Positions 29,119 through 40,543 of a DNA stretch of 64,000 nucleotides are shown here, piece after piece; the first letter of the stretch is position 1; each line of letters opens with the position of its first letter. The stretch is from contig JBDRZU010000001.1 of the NCBI GenBank assembly GCA_039804105.1, forward strand, positions 576,001 through 640,000. Reading direction: 5' to 3'. The notes beneath the pieces were generated by a model, which saw only the letters and a list, made by a program, of their open reading frames with translations, had not been told where the DNA came from and did not search any database. A program made the position numbers and the translations under genes. Source of the stretch: a candidate division WOR-3 bacterium (GTDB taxonomy: Bacteria; Hydrothermota; 32-111).

Positions 29119-31395
29119 TCACTTTGTAATGAACAAAAATTTTCCCTTTACAACATTTTTTGGTGTTTCAAGTTTAAAGAAATAGATATCAGAAGAAAAT
29201 TTTTCTTTTTTTAAATCAACAACGATCTCTTTATTTGTTCCATTGAAATCAAGAGTTTTTAAAACCCTTCCATTTTTATCATAAATTTTTAAGTTTATCT
29301 TTCCTTTTATCTGTTCAGAAAAAGTTGCATAGAATATATTTGAAGTTATAGTTGAAACTTTTGTTTTTAGATCGATCGTTTCTGTTTTTGAAATTTCTTC
29401 AATATTTGTCAATTCACTTGCCTTAAAAAGGTTATGTAAAAGTTCAACATAATCACCTGATAATATACCATTCATAACAGACCAATCAGAAGGGAACATA
29501 TTGAGGCCTATCACTCCACCAGCAGGTTGAGGAAGATTTCTATAACCCAAAAGCCATTCTCCATCGTCCCATCTTGCTACACTATCAGCACCTGTATTTA
29601 AAATCAAATAATCTCTGAATTCATCTCTCAAAGTTGTAACATTATTCATAAAAGGATGTCCTGCAACAAAATTCCCAAGGTTTGCAAAACTATAATGATT
29701 ATTACCATCCAGACTTCTAAATGGATTTATAAGTGAATCCATTATTCCACCTTCAAGATTGTTCCCATTATAATACCATGAAAAACCTCCTGTAATAACC
29801 CATTTACCTGAGTTTACAAATGAAAGAAGTGTATCCCCTATTGCTATTTTATCTAAATAATTATTGTCGGGATATGTGACAACCATATCATAAAATGATA
29901 GATCGTTACTGTTTGGCAAGTAAATTGCTGCATTCATATAATCAATATTTCCGAAATCTGGAAACTCTTCTATCTGCTTTATTATTTTTGGTGAATTCTC
30001 ATCAGCAACAGCCCAAAGTATATTAGGGTAATTACCATAAACCCAATACATATCAACATTTTCTAATATTTTTGATAATAAATTATAATATGCATATTCA
30101 ATAGGCATTGTGGTTGCTATTATTCCTCCCTTATTTTGTCTTGAAATTAAAAGTAGAGTATCTATTGAATCCGCAGATAACAAAACAACATAAGAGTTTT
30201 CTGGTAAATTTATCAGTCCTCCATGAGAAACAGAATTCCAATTAACAAGTGTTGTTGAATCTTCCTTAGAAAACTCATTTAAAAGAGGGTGCCAACCATT
30301 TAATATTGCTACTGAATCAGTAGATCTTGAAGCCATCGTAAATCCAAAAGGCATCTCAATTCCACTCCAATCATAAGAACTATAGGTTGCTCCATTTATC
30401 TGTAATATACCTCCGCTGTTAACCCAATCTTCATATTTTATTTTATTGTTTGAAATCGCTTCATAAAAACTTCTTTCTTGTTGTGATGCAAAAATGCATT
30501 TTTGAAATCTTGAAAGATCAACAAGACCAATTTCACTTTCATTGAAATGATGAAAAGCTATATTGTACTTATAGAATATATCTTCATTAGATACAGAACC
30601 CCATGGAGCATGGTTTTCAAAATATGCAACTCTTGTTTTGGCAAATCCAAGATCAAATCTGTAAGCACTGGTTCCATAATATGTGCTAATCCAGAGATCA
30701 TTTCCATCAAATGCAACACCTTCTCCATAATTTGACATCTCTGGGTTAGGGAAACTATCAAGAATAACGGGTGGATCAACAGAAATATCAAGTTGTTTTA
30801 TATACTCTGAAATATTATCAAGAACCCATAGGGTCGAATCTTTTTCGCAATAAGCCATATCCATTGGCCATCCGATAACAGATGAAATATGTATTGTATC
30901 AATAATGTTAATCAATGTATCAGTCACAAAAATATAACCAGCAGTTGATGCAATATAAAGATTTTTCCCATCAGAAGTAACACCTCTTGTATTTACTCCA
31001 CCAGGAGAAATAAAAGTAGTAACAGGTATTCCATTTTTTGTAATTTTGCGAATAGTTCCATTCGTCCAATCTGAAATGTATAATCTTTCTCCAACTATTC
31101 CTATTCCAAATATGTATCCAGTAGTTGGCATCGTAAAGGAATCGATTATTCCATAAACATAATCAATTCTATAAACATTTCCAGGATTGGAATAGGTGTT
31201 CACTAAATAAAAATATCTTCCATCAAACTCAAGTCCATTTGAATTTGTCCTATTAAAATTCAAAGTATCTATTATAGTATTATCTATTCTAATACTTTTT
31301 ATATTAACATTTTCACTGTTTGCACCTGTTGGATCAAATGGGAAAAGATAAATGAACAAAGTTAATATTAAAAAGAAAAGTACTAATTTTTTCAC
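29119..31395 (-). CDS. Secreted beta-propeller-like protein with T9SS-type CTD
   Basis: Signal peptide; repeats GLEFDGRYFY, GVTSDGKNLY, GVAFDGNDLW; KIYDKNGRVL...DIYFFKL...GKFLFITK; GTG start after GGAGG. Confidence 0.78.
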   Translation of the reverse strand: MKKLVLFFLILTLFIYLFPFDPTGANSENVNIKSIRIDNTIIDTLNFNRTNSNGLEFDGRYFYLVNTYSNPGNVYRIDYVYGIIDSFTMPTTGYIFGIGIVGERLYISDWTNGTIRKITKNGIPVTTFISPGGVNTRGVTSDGKNLYIASTAGYIFVTDTLINIIDTIHISSVIGWPMDMAYCEKDSTLWVLDNISEYIKQLDISVDPPVILDSFPNPEMSNYGEGVAFDGNDLWISTYYGTSAYRFDLGFAKTRVAYFENHAPWGSVSNEDIFYKYNIAFHHFNESEIGLVDLSRFQKCIFASQQERSFYEAISNNKIKYEDWVNSGGILQINGATYSSYDWSGIEMPFGFTMASRSTDSVAILNGWHPLLNEFSKEDSTTLVNWNSVSHGGLINLPENSYVVLLSADSIDTLLLISRQNKGGIIATTMPIEYAYYNLLSKILENVDMYWVYGNYPNILWAVADENSPKIIKQIEEFPDFGNIDYMNAAIYLPNSNDLSFYDMVVTYPDNNYLDKIAIGDTLLSFVNSGKWVITGGFSWYYNGNNLEGGIMDSLINPFRSLDGNNHYSFANLGNFVAGHPFMNNVTTLRDEFRDYLILNTGADSVARWDDGEWLLGYRNLPQPAGGVIGLNMFPSDWSVMNGILSGDYVELLHNLFKASELTNIEEISKTETIDLKTKVSTITSNIFYATFSEQIKGKINLKIYDKNGRVLKTLDFNGTNKEIVVDLKKEKFSSDIYFFKLETPKNVVKGKFLFITK

Positions 31396-31455
31396 TTTCC
31401 CTCCTTTTAAGTTTAAATTTATTATAAACCTTTAAATAAATATTTCAACAAAAAT

Positions 31456-33759
31456 CTATTCAAACTCAACAACAGTCACTCCATCTCCTCCCTCTTCGAT
31501 TGGAGCAGGATAAAATTTTTTTATAAATTTTAATTTTTTTAAAAACTCTCTTATGTTTTCCTTTAAAATCCCTTTTCCATGACCATGTATGATTCTCACT
31601 CTTTTGAGCCCTGCAACAGATGCTTTTAGAATGTAATTTTCAACCTCTTCCAAAGCTTCATCAACAAACTTACCTCTCAAATCCAACTCATCCGATATTT
31701 CTTCTCCTATGTAAAAATTTTTTTCAACACCATCCTTTCTTTCAATCCTTTTAATTATACTTTCTATATTAGTTTTTAAAATAACTCCATTCACATCAAG
31801 AGTCACTTTGTCTTTCTCTATTTTTTTTACAAAACCTTCAACTTTATCTTTCAGTTGAACAAAATCTCCAATTTTAATTTTAAGATTTTTTTCAATGTAA
31901 GGTTTATAATCATCTTCTTTCAAAATAACTTTTTCTTCCAATAATTTTCTGAAATCTTTTATGATATTTTTATTTTCACCCTTATCTTTTTTATTATACA
32001 ATTCCTTAATCACCCGTTCAAACTCACTTCTTAATGTATCTATTTCATGATTGATTTTGATTCTATATTCTTTTTCAAGAGAATTTTTTTTACTCAAATA
32101 ATCTTCCATCTCTTTTTTTGTAATCTCTTCAATTTTTAGTTGACTCTTTTTTAACAGTTCCAACTTTTCCTTTTCCTTTTCTAATAACTCAATTTTTTTC
32201 TGATACTCTTTTATCAGTTCAGAATAATCAAGAAAATCTTTTCCAACCATCTTATAACTTTCCTGAATTATCTTTTCTGGGAAACTGTATTTTTTTAAAA
32301 GTAAAAACATCCCCGATTGCCCCACCGTTCCATACTCCAATTCAAAATATGGAGTATTGTTTTCAAAATCGTATTTCATAGCAGAACATATAATTTTTTT
32401 ATTTTTTAATGCAAACTCTTTTATCGGATCATAATGTGTTGTAAAAATAACTGTTGAATCCTTTTCAAGAAAACCATTTATTAATGAAATAGCAAAAGAA
32501 GTTCCCTCTTTTATAGATGTTCCAGTACCAATCTCATCAAGTAAAATCAAAGAATTTTCATCACAATTTTCAATTATCTTTTTATAGTTTATAAGATGTG
32601 ATGCAAATGTTGAAACTCCTTCTTCAAGTGATTGATCATCACCTATATCACAAAAAATTTTATCGAACAATCTGATTTTTGAGTATTCACTTGCACATAT
32701 TGGAAGACCCAGTTTTGAAAGAATAACCGATACTCCAACAGTTTTCAAAACAGCAGTTTTTCCACCCATATTCGGACCGGTTATCAAAAGAGATTTTCCT
32801 TTCTCTACCTTTATGTTAACAGGTTTTGCTTCCTTTATTTTAACTTTTTTTATTATCGGGTGGTAAACCCTTATCAAATCGATATCTTCAGAGATTTCAA
32901 CAAAATTTGCCTCATACTCGTTCATAAAAATAACTATCGAATTTATAAGATCTATATCAAATATAAATTTCGAAAAAATAGAAAAGAGTGAAACATCAGA
33001 AACAATTTCTTGTTTTAAATCTTCAAGAATTCTTGCTATCTCAAGTCGCTCTTCTTCTTTCAATTCGTTCAACCTGTTATTCAAAAACACCAATTCTTCC
33101 GGCTCAATGAAAACAGTTCTTTTACTGTTTGAATAGGAATGGAAAACACCTTTTATTCTATTCTTTTCGTGGACATCAACCTGTAATACTATTCTATTAT
33201 CAACAATCGTTATATTACTATCACTTAAATATTGCTCATATTTTTTTAGAATTTTTGAAATAACTTTATCCTGGGACGATAAAAGAAAATTAATGTCTTT
33301 TCTTATTTTGGCAAGATTTGCTGTAGCATCATCTTTTATCTTTCCATCATTGGTAACAATTTTTTCAAGTTTCTCTTTGAATGAAAAAATTTTTTGAATA
33401 TCGAACTGAAAATCAAAAAATGAAAAAAAGTAATTTTTATCGATTTTGAAAAATTTTACTGAATAATCTATTGAATTTTTAATTTCGAGAAGATCCTGTT
33501 CAACAACATGTCCATTCAAATTTTTCAACCTTAAATATATATCATCAATATTCGAAAAACCATTAAAAGAAAGTTTTGGAAAAATTTTTTGACTGTATAA
33601 TAAAACAGTTTGTTTAAAATTCAAATACTCATCTATATTTGATAAATATGGTAAATCATCAAATTTTTTCTTTGTTGATCTTAAAAGGGAATGTTTTTTG
33701 TATTCCTCAAGTACAAGATTTAATTCTAACTTTTCCCTTTCCCTAAAATTTTCTAACAT
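31456..33759 (-). CDS. mutS2: Endonuclease MutS2
   Basis: ITGPNMGGKT, DIGDDQS, LLDEIGTGT, TTHY, Smr domain LDLRG...IIHGHGKG. Confidence 0.92.
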   Translation of the reverse strand: MLENFREREKLELNLVLEEYKKHSLLRSTKKKFDDLPYLSNIDEYLNFKQTVLLYSQKIFPKLSFNGFSNIDDIYLRLKNLNGHVVEQDLLEIKNSIDYSVKFFKIDKNYFFSFFDFQFDIQKIFSFKEKLEKIVTNDGKIKDDATANLAKIRKDINFLLSSQDKVISKILKKYEQYLSDSNITIVDNRIVLQVDVHEKNRIKGVFHSYSNSKRTVFIEPEELVFLNNRLNELKEEERLEIARILEDLKQEIVSDVSLFSIFSKFIFDIDLINSIVIFMNEYEANFVEISEDIDLIRVYHPIIKKVKIKEAKPVNIKVEKGKSLLITGPNMGGKTAVLKTVGVSVILSKLGLPICASEYSKIRLFDKIFCDIGDDQSLEEGVSTFASHLINYKKIIENCDENSLILLDEIGTGTSIKEGTSFAISLINGFLEKDSTVIFTTHYDPIKEFALKNKKIICSAMKYDFENNTPYFELEYGTVGQSGMFLLLKKYSFPEKIIQESYKMVGKDFLDYSELIKEYQKKIELLEKEKEKLELLKKSQLKIEEITKKEMEDYLSKKNSLEKEYRIKINHEIDTLRSEFERVIKELYNKKDKGENKNIIKDFRKLLEEKVILKEDDYKPYIEKNLKIKIGDFVQLKDKVEGFVKKIEKDKVTLDVNGVILKTNIESIIKRIERKDGVEKNFYIGEEISDELDLRGKFVDEALEEVENYILKASVAGLKRVRIIHGHGKGILKENIREFLKKLKFIKKFYPAPIEEGGDGVTVVEFE

Positions 33760-34225
33760 TCTTAAAAATTTTAGTATCCATTAAGATTTTATAATATTTT
33801 AAAGTTAAACTCGTTTCAAATATTTTTTGTAAATTTTTAGTCAAAGCAAAAGAAGTTAAAAAATTTAAAATACCTCCAATTATAAGAAAGGTTATAAAAC
33901 CCCATGCGATTATTCCAATCACTTTATCAAATATAATAACAGGCGTTTTTTTCAGAATGTTTACAAGAAGTAAAACAAACAATATTATCAATGAAAATAC
34001 GATGAATAAAAGGATTATAAAAGAAAGAATTTTTAAAAGATTACCTTCAACTTTAATAAATTTTGCTAGAAAATTTGAGAAATACAAAAAGTTTTTTAAT
34101 GTGAAAAAGAAAGATACTATCAAAGCAAATATATATCCAACTGGTGTTAAAATTCCTTTGAAAAAACCTAAAACAGAACTTATGAGGATTAAAGTCGATG
34201 ATATTATATCGACTATATTCATCAA
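33743..34225 (-). CDS. cvpA: CvpA family membrane protein
   Basis: NIVDII...GFFKG...FDKVIG; typical position upstream of mutS2. Confidence 0.75.
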   Translation of the reverse strand: MMNIVDIISSTLILISSVLGFFKGILTPVGYIFALIVSFFFTLKNFLYFSNFLAKFIKVEGNLLKILSFIILLFIVFSLIILFVLLLVNILKKTPVIIFDKVIGIIAWGFITFLIIGGILNFLTSFALTKNLQKIFETSLTLKYYKILMDTKIFKNVRKF

Positions 34226-34229
34226 TAAT

Positions 34230-34424
34230 TTAATCCTTCATAATATTTGAACGATAACTTTTCCTTATTGCCTGAATTCTTTCTCTTTTTTTTATTTCAC
34301 TTGGTTTTTCATAAAACTGGTGTTTTTTAATTTCACTTAAGATTCCCGCTTTTTCGCATAATCTTTTAAATCTTTTTAAAGCAGCATCAAAAGATTCACC
34401 TTCTCTTACTTTAACTCCTGGCAT
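34230..34424 (-). CDS. rpsU: 30S ribosomal protein S21
   Basis: [18 protein letters not shown]...FYEKPS. Confidence 0.96.
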   Translation of the reverse strand: MPGVKVREGESFDAALKRFKRLCEKAGILSEIKKHQFYEKPSEIKKRERIQAIRKSYRSNIMKD

Positions 34425-34541
34425 TAGCATCACCTCACTTCGTTAAAATTTTTAGGTATTATATTTAAATAATTAGTTTTGTCAACATTTTTTTATTCAA
34501 ATGGTAAAAATAAAAAAATTTCGTAAAATAAAAATAAGGTA

Positions 34542-34569
34542 TTGACAAAATTAAAAATTTTTTTATAAT
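34542..34569 (+). promoter_or_regulatory. sigma70-type promoter, near-leaderless arrangement
   Basis: TTGACA-16-TATAAT-8 nt-ATG 34578, no SD. Confidence 0.7.
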
Positions 34570-34577
34570 TTTTTTAA

Positions 34578-35597
34578 ATGAAAAATAAAACTAAAATTTT
34601 TATCATCTTCTTTTTTCTTTTTTCTTCATTTGTTTTTGGGAAGGGGTTGGGGAAGATAGAATTAAAAAATGGTTTTTCCGGTTATGGGGGGAATTGTTTG
34701 GTTTCAAATTTTCCTAATTTTTCTAACTCTTCTTCCCTAACTTATTTTTTTAAAAACGAAAATAATGAAGGTTTTCTGGTTGCAAATGTTTTTTCCGAAG
34801 AAGATAATAGCGAAATAGACGCTTTAATTTTTATCGGTAAAGAGAAATTTTTTGTTGAGGATGGGAACCGTAAAATCAAATTAAAAGAGGGGAACTATAA
34901 TGTTAAAATATTTTCCGATGAAATGACTCCTGTTGAAGATAACATAAAAATAGTTAAAGATTCAACAGTTGTAAAAATTTTTCAATTAAAACCAGTGTCG
35001 AAAAAAGTTGAAATTAAAGGCAAAATTTTGGACTTTGAAAACAACAGTCCAATTTCATTTTACTTTGATGCAAAAAATTGTAAAAATTATTATGAGTGCG
35101 ACTACGATTCAATAAGCGGAATATTCAAAATTAAAGGTTTCGTTGGACTCTGTACTCTTGAAATTTACCCTTATGGGGATTATTATATGCCTTTAAAAAG
35201 AGAGATAAAATTATCTGAAGATTGTGATACCTTTCCATCAATATTTGTGTTAAAAGACAATATTACAAAATCCTTTAACACTCTATTCTTAAAAAATGGA
35301 TCGATTCTTGATAAAAGTTCTTTTACTGAACTTGATAAGATTGTAAATATATTAAATGATTATCCAACTTTGAAAATTAAAATATACTCTTTTACAGATG
35401 ATTCAGGAAAAGCTGAAGATAATCTAAAATTGTCAGAAAAAAGATGCGAGACGGTTAGGGAATATTTATTGGAGAGAGGTATTGAACAGGAGAGAATATC
35501 TATTAAAGGTTTTGGAGAAACGATGAATCTTTTTGACAATGAAACAAAAGAGAACAGATTAAAAAATAGAAGATTGGAGATTACTTTTTATAGATAA
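34578..35597 (+). CDS. OmpA-family peptidoglycan-binding exported protein
   Basis: Signal peptide; SFTDDSG..NLKLSEKR..GFGE..NRRLEI. Confidence 0.85.
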   Translation: MKNKTKIFIIFFFLFSSFVFGKGLGKIELKNGFSGYGGNCLVSNFPNFSNSSSLTYFFKNENNEGFLVANVFSEEDNSEIDALIFIGKEKFFVEDGNRKIKLKEGNYNVKIFSDEMTPVEDNIKIVKDSTVVKIFQLKPVSKKVEIKGKILDFENNSPISFYFDAKNCKNYYECDYDSISGIFKIKGFVGLCTLEIYPYGDYYMPLKREIKLSEDCDTFPSIFVLKDNITKSFNTLFLKNGSILDKSSFTELDKIVNILNDYPTLKIKIYSFTDDSGKAEDNLKLSEKRCETVREYLLERGIEQERISIKGFGETMNLFDNETKENRLKNRRLEITFYR

Positions 35598-35598
35598 C

Positions 35599-36012
35599 TC
35601 ATTCTCCAAAAACCTTTAATATTATTCTCTTTTCCCTCATTCCATCAAATTCAAAATAAAAAATTCTTTCCCAAACACCAAGATCAAGTTTTGAATCTGT
35701 TATTGGAACAATGACCTGATGGTTAATAAGTATCCTTTTAAGATGGGCATCACCGTTATCTTCACCTGTAGTATGATGTTTATAATCAACTCTTTCAGGT
35801 GCAAGTTTTTCAAGCCATTCAAAAATATCCTGCCATAAACCTTCTTCGTAATCGTTAACAAGAATACCAGAGGTGATATGCATACTTGAAACAAGAACAA
35901 AACCTTCTTTAACTTTACTATCCTTTACAAACTTTTCAACCAAATCGGTTATATGAACTATATCTTTTCGTTTTTTTGTTTTTATCTTTAAATATTCAGT
36001 TCTGATGATCAA
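35599..36012 (-). CDS. yjbQ: YjbQ family (secondary thiamine-phosphate synthase) protein
   Basis: [30 protein letters not shown]. Confidence 0.92.
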   Translation of the reverse strand: MIIRTEYLKIKTKKRKDIVHITDLVEKFVKDSKVKEGFVLVSSMHITSGILVNDYEEGLWQDIFEWLEKLAPERVDYKHHTTGEDNGDAHLKRILINHQVIVPITDSKLDLGVWERIFYFEFDGMREKRIILKVFGE

Positions 36013-37138
36013 AAAACACCTCCTTTAATTTTTTTCTATAGGTTTCAACCGAATCGAATCTATCACATTTATAATCAATATCGATTTTCCCCCAATCTTT
36101 AATTACCCTTTCAACAATAGATTTTAAACCAATATGACTTTTGTTTTCAAAGATGTACAACTTTTTATAATCTTTTAATAACTCTTTGGCAGGTGTCAAA
36201 TTTGAAGCGATTATAACCTTACCACATTTTGCTGCCTCAAACATAACCCTACCAGAGGTTTCTGGCCAGAGAGAAGGGAATATGAGAACATCAAAACTAC
36301 TTAATACTTGATCAATTTTTTCAATTTCGAATTTACCTTTAATTGAAATCCTTTTATCTTTAACTCTATTTTTAATATCACCCCATAAAAGTAGTTTTAT
36401 ATTTTCATCTTTTATAAGTTTAAAAGATTTTAAAACCGTCTGTAAACCTTTATGGTAGGCAGAATGACCAATAAAAGCAAACACAGGATATTTTTCCTTT
36501 TCTTTTTTACCACAAAAAATATCTTTTTGAAAATTTTTTAAAACAACACTTTTATAAGATAAATTCAAAAATCTATCTGTTATTTCAAAAGATTTTTTTG
36601 AAGGATATATAATTTTATCGATATACAAAAAAATTTCATCAAAAAAATTTTTTCGATTTTTATACCAGACCAACCTTTTCATAAACAACTCTAAAAATGG
36701 AAAGAGAAAATCCCTGATCTGTCTCGTTATCGGAAGAAAAGGATATTTGTCCATATAGCAGTAGATACAGTTCTTTCCATAAGGCCCAGAACACAACATT
36801 TTTCTGTTATTTATAAGCACTACCCTTTCACAGATGGAATAATAATCATGAGAGATAAAACCAATTTTTATATTTTTCTCTTTGACTCGATTTAATATTT
36901 GGGGGGTAATGAATCTTAAAGAATGAAGCAAAAACAGATCAAATTCTTCTTCATCAATTTTTCTAAAAAAATCTTCAGCGTCTAAAAAATTTTTCTCTCT
37001 TTTAACGATCAAAATTTTTTTGTCTTTTATACTAGAACACAATGTTAAAATTTTTTCATCATCAAGAGCGAGTTCTTTCAAAAAGAGTGAAGAACCACCG
37101 TCATCTTTGAATTCATCTATATAGTGTATAATTTTCAT
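35996..37138 (-). CDS. Glycosyltransferase family 4
   Basis: [23 protein letters not shown]. Confidence 0.85.
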   Translation of the reverse strand: MKIIHYIDEFKDDGGSSLFLKELALDDEKILTLCSSIKDKKILIVKREKNFLDAEDFFRKIDEEEFDLFLLHSLRFITPQILNRVKEKNIKIGFISHDYYSICERVVLINNRKMLCSGPYGKNCIYCYMDKYPFLPITRQIRDFLFPFLELFMKRLVWYKNRKNFFDEIFLYIDKIIYPSKKSFEITDRFLNLSYKSVVLKNFQKDIFCGKKEKEKYPVFAFIGHSAYHKGLQTVLKSFKLIKDENIKLLLWGDIKNRVKDKRISIKGKFEIEKIDQVLSSFDVLIFPSLWPETSGRVMFEAAKCGKVIIASNLTPAKELLKDYKKLYIFENKSHIGLKSIVERVIKDWGKIDIDYKCDRFDSVETYRKKLKEVFFDHQN

Positions 37139-38337
37139 AACAGATACTCCAGAATCTTTTCAAACTGTTTTACGAACCTGTTTTTGTCAAAAGGTCCATC
37201 TTTATAACCTTGAACTTGCTCGCTTCCATTTATAGCGGTTTCCCTTGCATTTTCTGCCATAGTTTTTTTTAGTTTTTCATCAAGATATAACTGTTTTAAA
37301 TAGTTATAAGTTAAAATGTGATCCTGAAAAGGAACAATAAAACCATTAAATCTATTTTTCACAATATAACACGAACCCCAGCAATAGGAATTTATCGTAG
37401 GAATACCATAAGAATGTGCTTCAACACTTACAATACCAAAAGATTCTGCAATCGATGGTAAAAGGAAAACATCAGTTTGCAAAAAAAGTTCATCTTTCTT
37501 TTGTTCTGATACATAAGGATAATAAGTTATAAACTCCTCATCTAAACTTTTAATATATTTTTTATCAATCTTCCCTACAATTGTGAATTTAATATTTTTA
37601 AATTCAGAATATAACATTTTAGTTGCTTTCAAACTTGTTTCTATTCCTTTTTCATAATTCTGCCTTCCAATCGAGAGAACATTGAAAATACCATTTCCTC
37701 CTTTTGAAATTTGCGATGGAATTTTAATATAAGAGTTCAGTTGAAATATTTTCTTTCCAAAATTTTTTAGATAATCTTTCTCATAGGAATTAAGATAGAT
37801 TAAAACATCTGACAGTTCATATAAATTTTTATAATAAGGATGGAAAAACTCATAGAAAAACCTTTCTGTATAAGGTAATGTCGAATGTATTTGAGGAATA
37901 AAAACCTTTTTTTTCCCATACTTTTTTGCATAATAAAGCACAGGATAAACTATAGATGTAAAAGGAAGAAAACCCGTTATGATGATATCATATTTAGTTA
38001 CATTCTTTTTAAGATCGAATACTAAAGATGGAGACAAGATTTTAAAATTCAAAGAATAATATTTAAGAAGTCCAATTTCTTCAAAATATTTTAGGATTCT
38101 GTTCTTATATGGAAAATTTATAAGTGAAAATCTTTTTATCAAAGAACCGTCAAAATTTTCTTCAGATTCTAACAACTTATCATTTTTTTCATAAGAATCA
38201 TCTGAAACCTTTAAAGTGTAAACATCAACATCAAATTTTTTTTCTTTCAGATAATCAAAAATTTGTTTTGAATAAACCTCAGAACCTGAAACTATGGGAA
38301 AAAATCTGTTAAAAACAAGTAAAAATTTTTTAGCCAT
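37135..38337 (-). CDS. Glycosyltransferase family 4
   Basis: GRQNYEKG, LPSIAESFGIVSVEA. Confidence 0.88.
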   Translation of the reverse strand: MAKKFLLVFNRFFPIVSGSEVYSKQIFDYLKEKKFDVDVYTLKVSDDSYEKNDKLLESEENFDGSLIKRFSLINFPYKNRILKYFEEIGLLKYYSLNFKILSPSLVFDLKKNVTKYDIIITGFLPFTSIVYPVLYYAKKYGKKKVFIPQIHSTLPYTERFFYEFFHPYYKNLYELSDVLIYLNSYEKDYLKNFGKKIFQLNSYIKIPSQISKGGNGIFNVLSIGRQNYEKGIETSLKATKMLYSEFKNIKFTIVGKIDKKYIKSLDEEFITYYPYVSEQKKDELFLQTDVFLLPSIAESFGIVSVEAHSYGIPTINSYCWGSCYIVKNRFNGFIVPFQDHILTYNYLKQLYLDEKLKKTMAENARETAINGSEQVQGYKDGPFDKNRFVKQFEKILEYLL

Positions 38338-39646
38338 CCTTTTTGCCTATATAGGTAATCTTTATTTTATCCATTGCCTTAATTTTTAGATGTACTTTAC
38401 CCTTTACAACTTTGAAATAAAATGGAGATCTCTTTGACAATATTTTAGTATCATTGTACTCCATTAAAATCTCTTTGTTTTCTGGATAATAAACGATCAA
38501 ATATTCATAATCCTGATCACTCTCTAAAAAAACCTCTCCCTCTTTTGATACGAATCTGCCAATTGGAAAATTTTTATCAAGGAATGAAAAACCTTTCCCA
38601 ATATAATTATCATTTATTCCAAAAGTAATTGAATTTTTCAAGTGGGATATTTCGTTAAAATTTGAAGCCACTTTTACCTTTTCATCAAAAATCTGTTCAA
38701 CAGGAAATGGCTCAAAACTCTTATCAAGAAAATTTTCAACACATTTTGCTTTTAACAAAAATTTTCTTTTAAATCTTATAAAAAGAATTTTTGGAAGTTC
38801 CATTAGTAATGAAAATAAAATTTTCAGATGGAGAAGATTTTTTTTAAACAACCTTGTTTTAAGTAAAAATATTTTTGCCAACAAAAGATTTTTAAAAGAT
38901 AAAAATTTCAATATAAAATAGTACTGATTTTTTAAAATTAAAAATTCTTTTCTTTTTGAAAAATTTTTAAAACTCCCTGAGTACTCATGATAACATATAG
39001 CATCATTAACAAACTCAATCTTGTAATCTGTTTCAGTTAAAATTCTTATCGAAAGATCTGCATCTTCATAAAACGATGAATAAGAAAAATCGAAAAGTCC
39101 TATTTCATTTAAAACTTCTTTTCTTATTCCAAAACAACCACCTGTTAAAAGGATGTTTGAATCTTTTGAGAATTCAACATTATCATTTACTCCATAATCT
39201 CGATTTTTAGCAAAACCAGCAAGGTTTAAAATCAATCCGGTTGAGTTTATCATATCCCTTTTGCCATTAAATTTTATGCAAGGAATAGCCGCTCCGACAT
39301 CCTTGTTTAAAAAGCCCTTATCGAAGTTTTCCAAAAAATCTTTCTCCAAAATAATATCGTTGTTCATAACAAGAAGTATATCCGAACCAGAATAGAAGAA
39401 ATATTTTAATCCAAAATTGTGTGAAACATAACCAAAATTTTTGTTAACTCTTGTGACTTTAACTGCAGGAAACAATCTATGAACATCTTCAACAGAGGAA
39501 TCGGTTGAGCAATTATCGATAAGATGAATTATAAAATTTTTATAAGTTTGCTTAAAAATCGAATCTATGGATTCAAAGAAAACATCTTTTAACAATGAAC
39601 TTCCATTAAAGTTGACTATCTGAACTATATAAAGATTCCTTTTCAT
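38330..39646 (-). CDS. Glycosyltransferase family 2
   Basis: IDNCSTDSS, MNND, FYEDADLSIR. Confidence 0.88.
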   Translation of the reverse strand: MKRNLYIVQIVNFNGSSLLKDVFFESIDSIFKQTYKNFIIHLIDNCSTDSSVEDVHRLFPAVKVTRVNKNFGYVSHNFGLKYFFYSGSDILLVMNNDIILEKDFLENFDKGFLNKDVGAAIPCIKFNGKRDMINSTGLILNLAGFAKNRDYGVNDNVEFSKDSNILLTGGCFGIRKEVLNEIGLFDFSYSSFYEDADLSIRILTETDYKIEFVNDAICYHEYSGSFKNFSKRKEFLILKNQYYFILKFLSFKNLLLAKIFLLKTRLFKKNLLHLKILFSLLMELPKILFIRFKRKFLLKAKCVENFLDKSFEPFPVEQIFDEKVKVASNFNEISHLKNSITFGINDNYIGKGFSFLDKNFPIGRFVSKEGEVFLESDQDYEYLIVYYPENKEILMEYNDTKILSKRSPFYFKVVKGKVHLKIKAMDKIKITYIGKKDG

Positions 39647-40488
39647 AAAAATTTTTTAATACATCTTTTTAAAGCATCTTCAAATGGTGGCATATCTTTA
39701 ATGCCAAGATCTTTTAATCTCATGCTTTTCAAAGCACAATTTTTCGGAATCTTTTCGATCAGGTCATCATTTCTGATATTTATTTTTACATCTTTTTTCA
39801 GATAATCTTTGATAATTTTAGCAACTTCAATATAAGAAACCATACCAACATTTACAAGATGTAAAATCCCGGATACGGTTTTATCTTTCTTCAATAACTC
39901 TTCTATCTTTAAAGATAAATCAAAAGCGTATGTAGGGGAAGTGAGTATGTTATACAAAGAAACATCTTTTCCATCAAGGATCTTTTTTATGGTAAAACCT
40001 ATCACATTATGTCCAGGGGTAAAATTTCCATACCCAAATATTTCATCAGTTCTCACTATTAAAGCATCGGGATTGTTTTCTAAAATCAATATTTCTCCTT
40101 TGAATTTAGAAAACCCATAAACAGTTTTTGGTTCAGGTGAATCTGACTCAACATATTCTTCACCTTTTTCACCATTGAAAACAAATCCAGTAGAAAGATG
40201 AACAAACTTTATATTAAGTTCTTTTGAAATTTTTGCAAGTTCGCTCGGTGCATAGGCATTTATTTTCAGTGATTCTTCTGGATTTTTTTCACAATAATAA
40301 ATGTTTGTGATTCCTGCACAATTAATACATACATCAATCTTATTTTCTTTAACAAAAAGATAAAATCTTTCATAATTAACTATATTCAAATCACTATGTG
40401 AAGGTGCAAAAACTTTAAATTCTCTTTTAAAAGTTTCTGCAAGGTATTTCCCAAGAAGACCTCCACTTCCCAAAATTAAAACTTTCAT
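39643..40488 (-). CDS. rmlD: dTDP-4-dehydrorhamnose reductase family
   Basis: GSGGLLG, INCAG, HLSTGFVF, YGFSKFKGE, SPTY. Confidence 0.85.
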   Translation of the reverse strand: MKVLILGSGGLLGKYLAETFKREFKVFAPSHSDLNIVNYERFYLFVKENKIDVCINCAGITNIYYCEKNPEESLKINAYAPSELAKISKELNIKFVHLSTGFVFNGEKGEEYVESDSPEPKTVYGFSKFKGEILILENNPDALIVRTDEIFGYGNFTPGHNVIGFTIKKILDGKDVSLYNILTSPTYAFDLSLKIEELLKKDKTVSGILHLVNVGMVSYIEVAKIIKDYLKKDVKINIRNDDLIEKIPKNCALKSMRLKDLGIKDMPPFEDALKRCIKKFL

Positions 40489-40543
40489 TTCCCCCTCCTA
40501 ATATTGAAATAACAATCAAAATTTCTATAAAATTTTGAAAAGT

